A DNA stretch of 63,065 nucleotides, filler included, from Bigelowiella natans CCMP2755 (taxonomy: Eukaryota; Protista; Cercozoa): the NCBI GenBank assembly GCA_000320545.1. It is 5 parts of 5 records of this genome, joined end to end, with 100 filler letters (N's around TTAATTAATTAA, not from the genome) between each part and the next. Parts side by side here need not be neighbours in the genome. Positions count along the whole stretch, not along the records: positions 30,849 to 54,262 come from ADNK01003491.1; positions 54,363 to 57,948 come from ADNK01002199.1; positions 58,049 to 63,065 come from ADNK01002008.1; 2 more parts are not named here. One strand, written 5' to 3'. Shown here piece by piece: positions 53,158 through 63,065 of this stretch. The notes beneath the pieces were generated by a model. That model did not search any database, was not told where the DNA came from, and saw only the letters and a program-made list of their open reading frames with translations. How positions within the stretch are numbered: position 1 is the stretch's first letter; each line of letters starts with the position of its first letter. Made by a program: the position numbers and the translations under genes.

Positions 53158-53808
53158 GAACAATTGTAAGCTTTGTGAGACCGCAGGCTTGTCCAAGAGT
53201 TGAGTGTTTGACGTTGTTAAGTTATGACGTTTCCATTTTACATGGTAATTCTGTAAATTCAGAACGTTTCTTGAAGAAATTTCTTTTGTCGTTGACTTTC
53301 TCGCTAAGTTTGTTGGCGGTTGAGCACATCATCCGTGAAATGATGATCGCGAGATGTGCTTTGTGAGTTGTTCATTGAGTTCACAGCTCATCTAGCTGCA
53401 TGATGCCGGTGTGGTGTTCATGCGCGATGCCGCAATCCAACTTTGCCAAGAACGACCAGCAGATGCCGGAAAATTTTTTGCATTTGTGTGAAACGCAATT
53501 CCGTTGCCTCCAGCGACTCATCTTTTTCGACTGTCACCAAAAAATGCATGAACACAGGACAAAAGACAAAAAGTGTTCTTTGCAATGTCATCTAGCAAGG
53601 CTGTGGCAACAAAATTTGTGCATCAAAGGTGCAACCGAAATCACAAACGTGCATGCAACAAGCGCGCAACGACAAAAACGATGAAGTGAATGCGTCTGGC
53701 ATTCAAGTGAAACTTGCTTCAAACAAACATCATGCGCAAGTGTTCAGCTCACATCAAAGTTCAGTGACAACATGGTGTTGAACCAAATTGACAAAAGTCG
53801 ACTTGGGA

Positions 53809-54014
53809 TCAGGGCTCTGTTCTGCACGGAAGTCTGAGGTCAGGGTTAGCAAATTGGGGTTGGGGAATCAGGTAAGTCATGGGTTTGGGACAAGGGAATC
53901 ATTGTCAGGGAATCAGTGTCAGGGAATCAGTGCAAGGGAATTAGAGTCAGGGATTTAGGGTCCGGGAACCAGGGTTAGGGTCAAAAAATTAGGGTCAGGG
54001 TCAAGGAATCAAGG
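53809..54014 (+). repeat. Degenerate proximal telomeric repeats (TCAGGG, TTGGGG, TTAGGG mix)
   Basis: Direct reading; variants grade into the pure array. Confidence 0.85.
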
Positions 54015-54262
54015 TTGGGGTTAGGGTTAGGGTTAGGGTTAGGGTTAGGGTTAGGGTTAGGGTTAGGGTTAGGGTTAGGGTCAAGGAAGGGTTAGGGTTA
54101 GGGTTAGGGTTAGGGTTAGGGTTAGGGTTAGGGTTAGGGTTAGGGTTAGGGTTAGGGTTAGGGTTAGGGTTAGGGTTAGGGTCAGGGTCTCGGGGTCCCT
54201 CCTCCGGGTTAGGGTTAGGGTTACCCCCTCCCGTTAGGGTTAGGGTTAGGGTCAGGGTTAGG
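54015..54262 (+). repeat. Telomere (TTAGGG)n at contig end
   Basis: Tandem TTAGGG, G-rich strand oriented toward the contig end. Confidence 0.97.
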
Positions 54263-54362
54263 NNNNNNNNNNNNNNNNNNNNNNNNNNNNNNNNNNNNNN
54301 NNNNNNTTAATTAATTAANNNNNNNNNNNNNNNNNNNNNNNNNNNNNNNNNNNNNNNNNNNN
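54263..54362. other. Artificial contig linker
   Basis: N-TTAATTAATTAA-N, 100 bp. Confidence 0.98.
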
Positions 54363-54519
54363 CCAAATGGGCAGAGTGAAGTGGTGACAGCAGCGCTTAG
54401 AAATGCAGAGAGAGAGCGTGAGAATAGTGTCATACGAGTTAAAAAGTCATCACTGGTACACATCACCCGAGATCGCGGTAGTAGGAGGAGGAGGAGGTAG
54501 AGTTGCACATAGAGATACA

Positions 54520-54633
54520 CGATGTGGTCAGATTCCAGAGCCCAGATAGCGATGAAGAAAATCAAAGCGGCGTGAACCTGATCAGAGCATTTTCTCAGTG
54601 TATTCGAATCCCCTCTCACAATATTTGCACCCG

Positions 54634-54669
<36 letters not shown>

Positions 54670-54798
54670 ATCACACATCTGGTGCTTGTTTTCCGTTCTA
54701 CCATTGCTTGTTGAATCCAAACGAAGAAAATGCGATTGCTGAAGAGCTGGCCTCGTGTAATGCACGCCCTGAAATATGTAGTATCTCAATATGATATG

Positions 54799-54833
<35 letters not shown>

Positions 54834-55033
54834 CGCGCGCGCACACTGCGGAAAAAGGATGACGGTGCATGCACGCGCACACCTATACGCGAGCGGTTGG
54901 TTTTGAAGGGTTTTGGCAGAGAGTGTTTGGTCGAGAACCTGCGTGTATAGCAAACACGTACCGAACGTATGAATGGCGATGATGACGACGATGATGATGA
55001 AGAAAAGGATAATGTTGATGGGTGATATCAGGT

Positions 55034-55065
<32 letters not shown>

Positions 55066-57740
55066 TTGCTAGTAATTCACATGAGAATCAGTAGTACCGC
55101 AACAACGAGGATCGGAGTGCAAGTAAACGCCACGTTATAAGCAGTGTATGCCCAGAGATTGAAAAGCTGGTTGTATTAGTAGCAGCAGCAGCAGTAGTCA
55201 GAGGGAGGGAAGCAGGAATCATTAGAATTCATTTGAGAAAACGTCACTCAGGAGCGCCCTCACTCGATCGAATGCTGTTGGATGTCTTTGTTGATACTGC
55301 GGTATTGTTTTTGTTGTTGTTACACCACCACCATTCGTGCGCAGCGTACCTGGTGGGCGGAAAATCCCGAGAAAAACCCGAAGTAAAACATCGCGAGGGC
55401 CACCTTGTGTGTGTGTGAGAGAGAGAGAGAGAGTGGGGGGGCGGGGGGGGGTAGGGGCAGCCAACGCATTTAGCTAATTAGTAGTAGTTCCAAATTTCTG
55501 CTGGGAAAATTTACTTTAACACGAATCGGCATGATGATAGATGAACGGCGTAAAACACTAGGTGTTACCATTGCAGCTTTGTAGAAGATGTACAGCGTCA
55601 TAATAGCGATGCGGTCATAAAGCCACACCTGAAGAACAACGAGAAGAGAGAATATTACTCGATATGCACACAGCTGCAAAAGTACCAACCGCGCACGCTC
55701 TCGCACATATAAATACAAGATGACTTCAGCCCCCCCTCCTCGCCAAACAATATAAACATATCTCTTCGTCTCCCTCAGAGACGATATCCCTTACCCCCCC
55801 CCCCTCCTTTTATCCCTTCCGCGCTGCTACCCCGTGTTTGAAGAGGAGAGGGTGTAGGAATCGAAATTGCCCTATAGCGAAGTCCGCAGCTTGCGCTGCG
55901 GCGGAGCCCTCCTCTCCAAAGATGCCCACACCAACATCAGCCTCCTTTATCATCGGCTCATCGTTCCCTCCATCACCAACAGCGAGGACGCATGCCCCCT
56001 TGCGCTTCTTGATCTCGCGGATGATCTGTTGGCGACGATAGAGGTGAATGGCAGGGCAGCAGGGCAGTGCGGGTCGATGTTGTTCCGATTCTTATTTATC
56101 GTGTTTTGGTGCCGGGGACAAGCGGGTGTGTATTGTTTTTCCTTTCAAATCTCACTTTTTTTTTTGTGACTCAGATTCTGTGCGTGGAGGGGAATTGAAC
56201 ATCCACGTGGAAGGGCGATGATGATGATGAAGATGATGATGATGGTGGTGGTGGTGATGGTGGTGGCGGCTAGTCCGGCCGTATCAATATAACCGCATCG
56301 ATAACACGTGTTGTTTTTGTACCAGTGCTTTCTGCCTGGGTGTGCATCGACATGCAACGACGGATTTGCAAAGAGCGGCCAGCTCGAAAAACCGCTCACG
56401 CAATTCGTCCCTTGCCGTCTGATCGTTATTAGCAACCACCACCATCACAAGAAGCATGAGCTTTGTGTTTTATGTATGATGAGACAGGCCAAAGCTTGGC
56501 TCTACGCGCAATTTTGGAACTCCTGCGACTTATCACCACATTGTCATTTTCCCCGAGTATCCTGTTCTCCCCCCCCCCCCCCCCGATCCTCGGGATTTTG
56601 TCGGGTCGGTCCCCTTATTCACACATGCCGCCTAATTCCAACTGATGGTCTTCGCTCGCAATTTTTTTGGTGTTTCAGATTGAGAAACTATGGGTTGAAT
56701 CATGCTGGCTACCCCGCCGCTGGCTTTGCCATCGCTGTCCTGCAGGATCTCGCTTAGTGCGGAGGGATGGCCCTGATGTTGTTGTTGTTGTTCGTCGGTG
56801 TTGATATAGCTACTTTGCCCAGAATCGTCATCATCACCATCACCATCACCACCATCATCGTGTCATATGTTGTGATGATCCAAGCCCCGGCAGAGAGAGG
56901 TCAGACAACGAGAATAATAGCGCGTGTGTAGTTAAAGTGCATCATCCACGTGAGTTGATTCGTGCACCCACCCCTTCCACGACCATCGATATCGGCGCGC
57001 TCTCTAGATCTCCAATCTCCCCGGCACGGTGGAGACCCTGGTGTGTCAGGAGACGACGACGATGATGGCGGTGATGATGATGATGATGATGATGGTGATT
57101 GCGACGATGATGACGATTATGAGAACGATGATTGTCGCGTGGTTAGGGAAAAACCAGGCCTCGCAAATTCGATTTCCGGGGGTGGTGTATACGTGTGAAC
57201 GCAGGCGTGTCGTGCGTGTGCATAGTTGAGGGAGCGGGGAAATTAATAATAAGGCAAACGAGAGAGAGAGAAGAGAGAGAGAAAAGAGAAACACCATTAC
57301 CGCATCGACGTCCGCTTTCACTGCTTGGAACAACGATACCTGAGCATTTAAGGATTAGCACAAATATGGAGGGGGAAAGAGCAGGAAGGAGAGAGGAAAG
57401 ACGACGGAGGGAGATAGTATATTGGCGGGAAGAAGAAATGCGCTCGCCATGCACCGACGACTATAATGAAAGCAGTGTGACCTGGAACGTCTCCATTGCC
57501 TTTAGAAACTGCTCCTTCGATATTTTCCCCGTGTTATCAGTGTCATACTGAACGAAGAGATCGTCCACCGCTTGCTTCAACTTGGCCATGCGATTCTGGT
57601 GAGGGAGAGAGGTTTGGACCATGACCATGGTGGTGATGGTGATGGTGATGGTGATGGTGATGGTGATGGTGATGGTGATGATGAGGATCAACACACGAAG
57701 CGAGAACTACGCTGACGTCGAATCTTCGCTTAACGACAGG

Positions 57741-57775
<35 letters not shown>

Positions 57776-57830
57776 CTTGTTGAGTCTCCAGGATATTTCA
57801 GCACCAGCATGAACTCCATCATCTCATTCT
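54520..57830 (-). CDS. P4-type ATPase (phospholipid flippase), internal fragment with an EF-hand-like exon
   Basis: Exons read FFELAALCKSVVACRCTPRQKAL|IIREIKK..VLAVGDGGNDEPMIKEADVGVGIFGEEGSAAAQAADFAIGQFRFLHPLLFKHG|VWLYDRIAIMTLYIFYK|..VLDQTLS, diagnostic of P4-ATPases. Both ends are off the contig; coordinates approximate. Confidence 0.9.
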
Positions 57831-57948
57831 GAAGGAGCGAGGAGGAAGAGGGAATGGGGGTACAAAGGAAGGGAGGAAGGGGGCGCAATAAGAACAGCAC
57901 GAGTTTTGGTGAGGAAAAGAATGGGAGACAGGGGGGGGGGGGGGGAGT

Positions 57949-58048
57949 NNNNNNNNNNNNNNNNNNNNNNNNNNNNNNNNNNNNNNNNNNNNTTAATTAA
58001 TTAANNNNNNNNNNNNNNNNNNNNNNNNNNNNNNNNNNNNNNNNNNNN
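57949..58048. other. Artificial contig linker
   Basis: N-TTAATTAATTAA-N, 100 bp. Confidence 0.98.
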
Positions 58049-58099
58049 CCAAACTTCGAACCATTCTCGTGTGATTTGGAGATTCCTCCTACGAGAGTA

Positions 58100-58308
58100 T
58101 TTTTAGGTGAAGGACGCTCACGCGAGCATGCGAAGTGCTTTTTTGTCTAGGTGCAGGCTGCTTACGCGAACATACGAAGTGGCCTGTGCGCTCGATACGA
58201 GTTACTTTATATAAAAAAAAATGGGTGACACGCACACATCTGTCGTAGATCTATATATATAGACAGTACGTATATGTATGGGAAGCACACACTCCTATAT
58301 ATGTGTTC

Positions 58309-58394
<86 letters not shown>

Positions 58395-59286
58395 AAAGGA
58401 AGCTCTGTCTAGATCACCTTCGCGATTTTGTATATGTCCCCCGAGTCCAGCAGTTTTGACCGAGTCAGCGTCGGTCGCACGAGCGGGCCGGAGGAGGCTG
58501 TGAAGGCATAATTTCGCCAAGTATTTCACGAGATTGAGTCTTAGCGACGATACCGCAGAAGTACAAGTCGATGCACATTAATGAGAGGATAGCCGACATT
58601 TATTTTAGGAACCTGCGGGGGCAACTCCACGACAGCTAGAGCGACTGGCGGTCTTGATCCTGTTTGTTTATAATGCATTCGGAACAAAGTGCACCAGCCA
58701 TTACAAGCCAGCACATCATGCGAGGTCATCTTCCCCGCATCTTCTTCGTCAGTGCCTATCATCACATCTGCACGTCTTTTTCATATGCACTCGCCTTACC
58801 GAATCGGCCAGTTCCCCATTCGAATGTTGCCGTCATTCACAAAGTGTGCGCGTACTTTTGAACCTGATATCCCCGTCGAGAATCTTCGCAAAGATGGAGG
58901 ACATGCCGTTGGTTGTCTTCCAAGAGAGTATCTTGAGGCAAGTGAGCTCTTCATTGCTGGTAAGCCGTCCGCCCCAAGCAGCCTGCCGTAAATTAGAATA
59001 CCGTGGATGATTCTCTGGACAATTCCACTAAATTCTATCTCACGAAATCAACGAAGTGCTATCCCTCCTCCATTATGAAACACACATCGTTGAAAATTTA
59101 AAAAAAAATGGGGGGGCGGCTCACGAACCACGGCAAGGCTATAAGAGACAGCGCCAGCCTCTCCATGGTAACACCAGGACGGATTCCACTATTTAAATCC
59201 TGGCCTTTATCCCTTATCACTACGGCAGCGTAGACCGATTGAGAAAGTAGGGTTCCCCTACCCAACCTCCTTGTGGAAGGAGCCAT
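58100..59286 (-). CDS. Probable multi-exon gene of unknown function (3' truncated)
   Basis: Exon-like blocks flanked by AG/GT on the minus strand (e.g. ...NGMSSIFAKILDGDI); full frame not resolved. Confidence 0.3.
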
Positions 59287-60112
59287 CGTTGTCGCTCTGC
59301 TAGGAATTCAGAATTACTTCCCGAATCCCGGAAGTTCTTCTGGATTTATGAGTAAAAAGGATTAATACTCGATGTCGCATCTATATTTTAAAGCATATTT
59401 ATCTTGATTTTATCCGGACCGGATATCCTCCAGCACAAGCGGAAGTCAAAAGCACCGGAAATGCTCTGATTTTCATCGGCGGAGAAGCGTCGGAGATTCT
59501 GTCAAGATGCGAAATGGGATTATGTGCTAAATATGCTTTAATTTCTTGTCTTTTAAATAAATATGATGAAAATTGTCCTTAAATATTGTAATACCGGGTA
59601 TTACTAGCCCATCGGGAGTTGCCGAATCTGTGGTCACAGCCCGGCTACGCTCTTGGGTTTTAGCCAGCATGAACGGTGACGGTTTAAATATATAGAATTT
59701 TCTAAAATAGAGGACAATTATATATATTTTAGATCTTCATGTGCCTTTTTCGACTGTTTTCTGCGACTCTTTCCCCCCTCTGCATTCAATTACAAATCTC
59801 AAAAACTATCGGTGGCAGCTCTAAGGTGTCACGGGCAACCCCCTTCCCACACACTTTTCCCTAACGAAAGAGAGGAGGCTCGTAGTGAAAGCCAATATTA
59901 AAATACATTTGAGCTGTGTTTGGGGTGCTTAAAATGTTTTCTCACTATCTTCATGTTGATTGTGCGGCAAGAAGTTTATTGAAAAGAAGACAATGCGCTT
60001 CTCCGCCACCTGTAGGGCATGTGTTAAAGGCATGGCTCTGAATATCTATATTGAATTCCGAACGATGAAACTGAATTTAGCATTAACAAGATCTTTTCTA
60101 TTTGTCAGGGAG

Positions 60113-61710
60113 ATGTGCAAGGCAAAGAAAGGAGGCGAAAAACAGCTGCTCAAAGCCAAATATGGTGATGAGAAGGAGGTCAAGTAATCATTTGAGAAAC
60201 ACTTCAATCGCCCTGCCAACACAATATCTCCATTCACACTATCACAAGAAAATCGTTTGACAAGGCGGGTTATTTGACATCCCTTGCCTGGCCAGAGCAA
60301 CAACAAAAACCATCTTTACCTGATGAAACATCGTTCTCCCTCCTCCTCCTCCCCTTCCTCCGCTTCCTCCTCCTGCAGATGCTCATCAAGGGCAACTGGT
60401 ACCAAGTTGAGAATTTCGTAAAAAGACATCCTGGAGGTAATAAACCGCGCCCCAAAAAACAACAACACTGTATCTTCCAGTTGATGGTGCCGAAACGCGG
60501 GCGTCTTTTCGCATGCGAACGAAAGCATTGCTCGGTTGCGAGGCGGATTCTCACTCTGCCGTTATATATTTCCACAGGACGTATCTTAAACTTCTACCGG
60601 GGAAAGGACGCAACACAGGCCTACCGTGAGTTCCACCAGCGTTCGGAACGTGCTGATAGGCTCCTGAAGTCCCTGAAGTCCCGCCCAGCAGATAAGGGAG
60701 ACGCCGTGGTCGACAACGATAAGCTGGTTGCTGACTTTGTAGAACTTCGCGCCCAGCTCGAAAAGGAGGGATTCTTCAAGCCTGACTACGTGCACGTCTT
60801 CTTCCGCTTTGCAGAGATCGTATTTATGCATGTCCTCGGCCTGTACCTGGTCTTCAATGGATGGTACCTCACCGGCCTCTCCATCCTCGGTGTCGCTGAA
60901 GGACGATGCGGGTGGCTCATGCACGAGGGGGGCCACAACTCGCTGACCGGTAACATCACAATTGACCACGCGCTGCAAGTAATCACCTACGGCCTCGGCT
61001 GCGGGATGTCCGCGGCCTGGTGGCGAAACCAGCACAACAAGCACCACGCAATGCCGCAGAAGCTCGAGCACGACGTGGACCTCAACACGCTGCCCCTCGT
61101 CCTTTTCCACCTCGACGCTGCGTCGCACCAGAAGGCCCCTGCCAGCAAATGGTGGCTCCGAATGCAGGCCATGCTCTTTCCCAACCTGATCTGCTCGATG
61201 GTAGCTATGTTCTGGCAGCTCTACCTGCACCCCCGCCACGCACTCCGCACGAAGCACTACAACGAGCTCCTCTCCATGGGCGCGAGATGGGCCTTCATCT
61301 TCGGCTACATGCCAACGGTCTTTGGGTTCTGGCCGACTCTCCTCGGCGCGCTGCTCTCCAACGGAGTCGGCGCCACCTACATCTTCGTCAACTTCGCGGT
61401 CTCGCACACCCACCTCCCCGTCGTGAAAGCTGACGAGGACGTCTCCTGGGTCGTGTACGCTGCGAGACACACGATGAACGTGAAGCCCGGCCCCTTTAAG
61501 TGGGTCGACTGGTGGATGAGCTACCTCAACTTCCAGATCGAGCACCACCTCTTCCCTTCGATGCCGCAGTTCCGCCACCCAATCGTCTCGAAGCGGGTGC
61601 AGAAGCTCTTCGCCAAGCACGGCATCCCGTACCTGCAAACCTCGTACACGGAGGCGATGAGAATCACCTTCAACAACCTCGATCACGTCGGACATGCGTT
61701 CTACGGTTAA
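60113..61710 (+). CDS. Front-end fatty acid desaturase (cytochrome b5 fusion; Delta5-like)
   Basis: HPGG heme motif, His boxes HEGGH, HNKHH and QIEHH; exons 60113-60178, 60379-60436, 60578-61710. Confidence 0.95.
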
Positions 61711-62414
61711 GTCACGCAAGAGGAGAGGGGATGGGGGGAGCGACAGGGCGGGCCTCGACGCACGCAGCACAGTCCAGCTCGAAGCGAACGCCTGGTGGCG
61801 CCCCCCCCCCCTCCCTCTTTCTTCATGAACGAATGCGGCCTCGACGCTGAATCACCTGAAATAGATAAAAACTTTGCAGAATTGACGATTAGAAAAACCT
61901 GTTGCATTGGCTTTGTATCAACCTTCAGCCTGGTTGAATGATGCATTCTGTGAAGAACACATTCGTCACTAACAATCGACTACTTTAGTACTTGCGCTCT
62001 GGCGCATATGAGGTACGTCGTCAGTCATAGCCTTTTTACATCGCATTCATCATGACAAAACATTGCAATGCAATGATGCGCGCCATGAGTAAGCGAGGTT
62101 GAAGGAGCAGATTCAGTGCACGTACATCATCACCATTGCATGTGGCGTGCGCCATCAGCTCATACTAGCATGAGCTATTTGTCTGCATCCTTGTTATATT
62201 TGTCACCTGCGTGCCAGCTAGTTAGCATGTAGCACACTAGCACCTGTCATCTCAGCTGCAAAATTGTGCGCTACATGCATGTGCGCGTGCACCTCTTCTT
62301 GTTCGATTATACGATTGATCATCGCTATCATTGTCTGGCACACGCACCGGCCGCCATGCAAATTGTCGCAAACTCAGGCGCTGCTAGAACATGTGAAGTA
62401 AGCTAGTGTGAACA

Positions 62415-62495
62415 TTAGACGGATGCTGAATAATGATGAAATTAAAATTTCATCGACGGCGGTCATCCTCAATGTCTAGAATGTAGCTTTGCAAA
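62415..62495 (+). repeat. Dispersed repeat family core, copy 5 (diverged)
   Basis: TTAGACGGATG...GGTCATCCTCAATGT...ATGTAGCTTTGCAA. Confidence 0.6.
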
Positions 62496-62684
62496 TAGGC
62501 AAAGCAATATAAATATACAGCAAAAATCTGAACGCAGCCAACACCATGCACATGTCATACCATGTCATTATTAGCTTTTTTGATGTTCCGTGTGATTGGC
62601 GATCCACTGAGCAGGGGTGCTCAGTCGTCTTGTACGCAGCAGCAGAGAGCCATGGCGGCGTTGATTTCCATAATCCTTATATAA

Positions 62685-62777
62685 TTATCCTAGATGAGCC
62701 GGTTTGGGCGTCTTGCACTTGAAGCATTCGCTACGACGAGCAAAGTTCAAAGCGCCACAGTTATCGCAATCCCAGTC
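62685..62777 (-). CDS. Terminal exon of a RanBP2-type zinc finger protein
   Basis: DWDCDNCGALNFARRSECFKCKTPKPAHLG-stop fits W-x-C-x2-C-x3-N-x6-C-x2-C. Confidence 0.85.
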   Translation of the reverse strand, partial: DWDCDNCGALNFARRSECFKCKTPKPAHLG

Positions 62778-62880
62778 CTTTTTGAGAGCGTCGTCGAAGC
62801 AGCAAAAAGGTGCGTGGTCAGCATAATTATCATGACAACTCTATCTTATTGGCCATGTGAATATTTTTCGAATAAATGAA

Positions 62881-62932
<52 letters not shown>

Positions 62933-62970
62933 TGTGTGTGTATGTGTGTGTGTGTACGTATATATAGTAT

Positions 62971-63003
<33 letters not shown>

Positions 63004-63065
63004 GCGCGCGCGCGTGCTCTCTCTCGCGCGCGCTCTCGAAGAGAGAGAGAGAGAGAGAGAGCTCG

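Noticed and set aside
58870-58905. SIFAKILDGDI as the start of a HIT-family hydrolase
   Set aside because: No HxHxH motif or other HIT residues found in the downstream exons available.
60586-61770. 394-aa antisense ORF over the desaturase
   Set aside because: Shadow of high-GC3 codon usage on the sense strand.
261-63065. ORFs such as YIYIYI, THTHTH, ERERER, CVCVCV and poly-M/D/H
   Set aside because: Translations of intronic microsatellites.

Overview
Eukaryotic nuclear DNA made of five separate contigs joined by artificial 100-bp N-TTAATTAATTAA-N linkers (1-28296, 28397-30748, 30849-54262, 54363-57948, 58049-63065). It is intron-rich and microsatellite-rich, and contig 3 ends in a (TTAGGG)n telomere. 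A plastid ALB3 gene points to an alga-like protist; the exact taxon cannot be fixed from this window. Genes pieced together by eye from exons: SAM/IGR-type mitochondrial protein, an intronless nucleotidyltransferase, HtrA protease, Cys-rich membrane protein, formin, Tudor protein, a Kv channel with a second repeat, ALB3 (3' part), aminopeptidase N, DnaJA, MRNIP, a RING protein, CCT1, USP7, a P4-ATPase with an EF-hand insert, a front-end desaturase and a RanBP2 zinc-finger exon. There is also the 5' end of a Copia retrotransposon whose LTR carries 16 phased heat-shock elements. The strongest unexplained signal is compositional. DNA downstream of genes (the convergent spacers, the transposon relic cluster, the LTR and the subtelomere) has lost TpA dinucleotides, completely in the long tracts and partly in short spacers. 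One 984-bp stretch has none, and in the strongly affected tracts almost all survivors sit in CTAG, CTA or TAG. Exons, introns and divergent promoters keep TpA and long (TA)n runs. Repeat copies and eroded telomere units differ by TA>TG/CA changes. This looks like a context-specific, region-targeted mutational process (A>G in TAH, equivalently T>C in DTA), opposite in direction to fungal RIP. Dinucleotide counts were made by manual reading and need computational confirmation.
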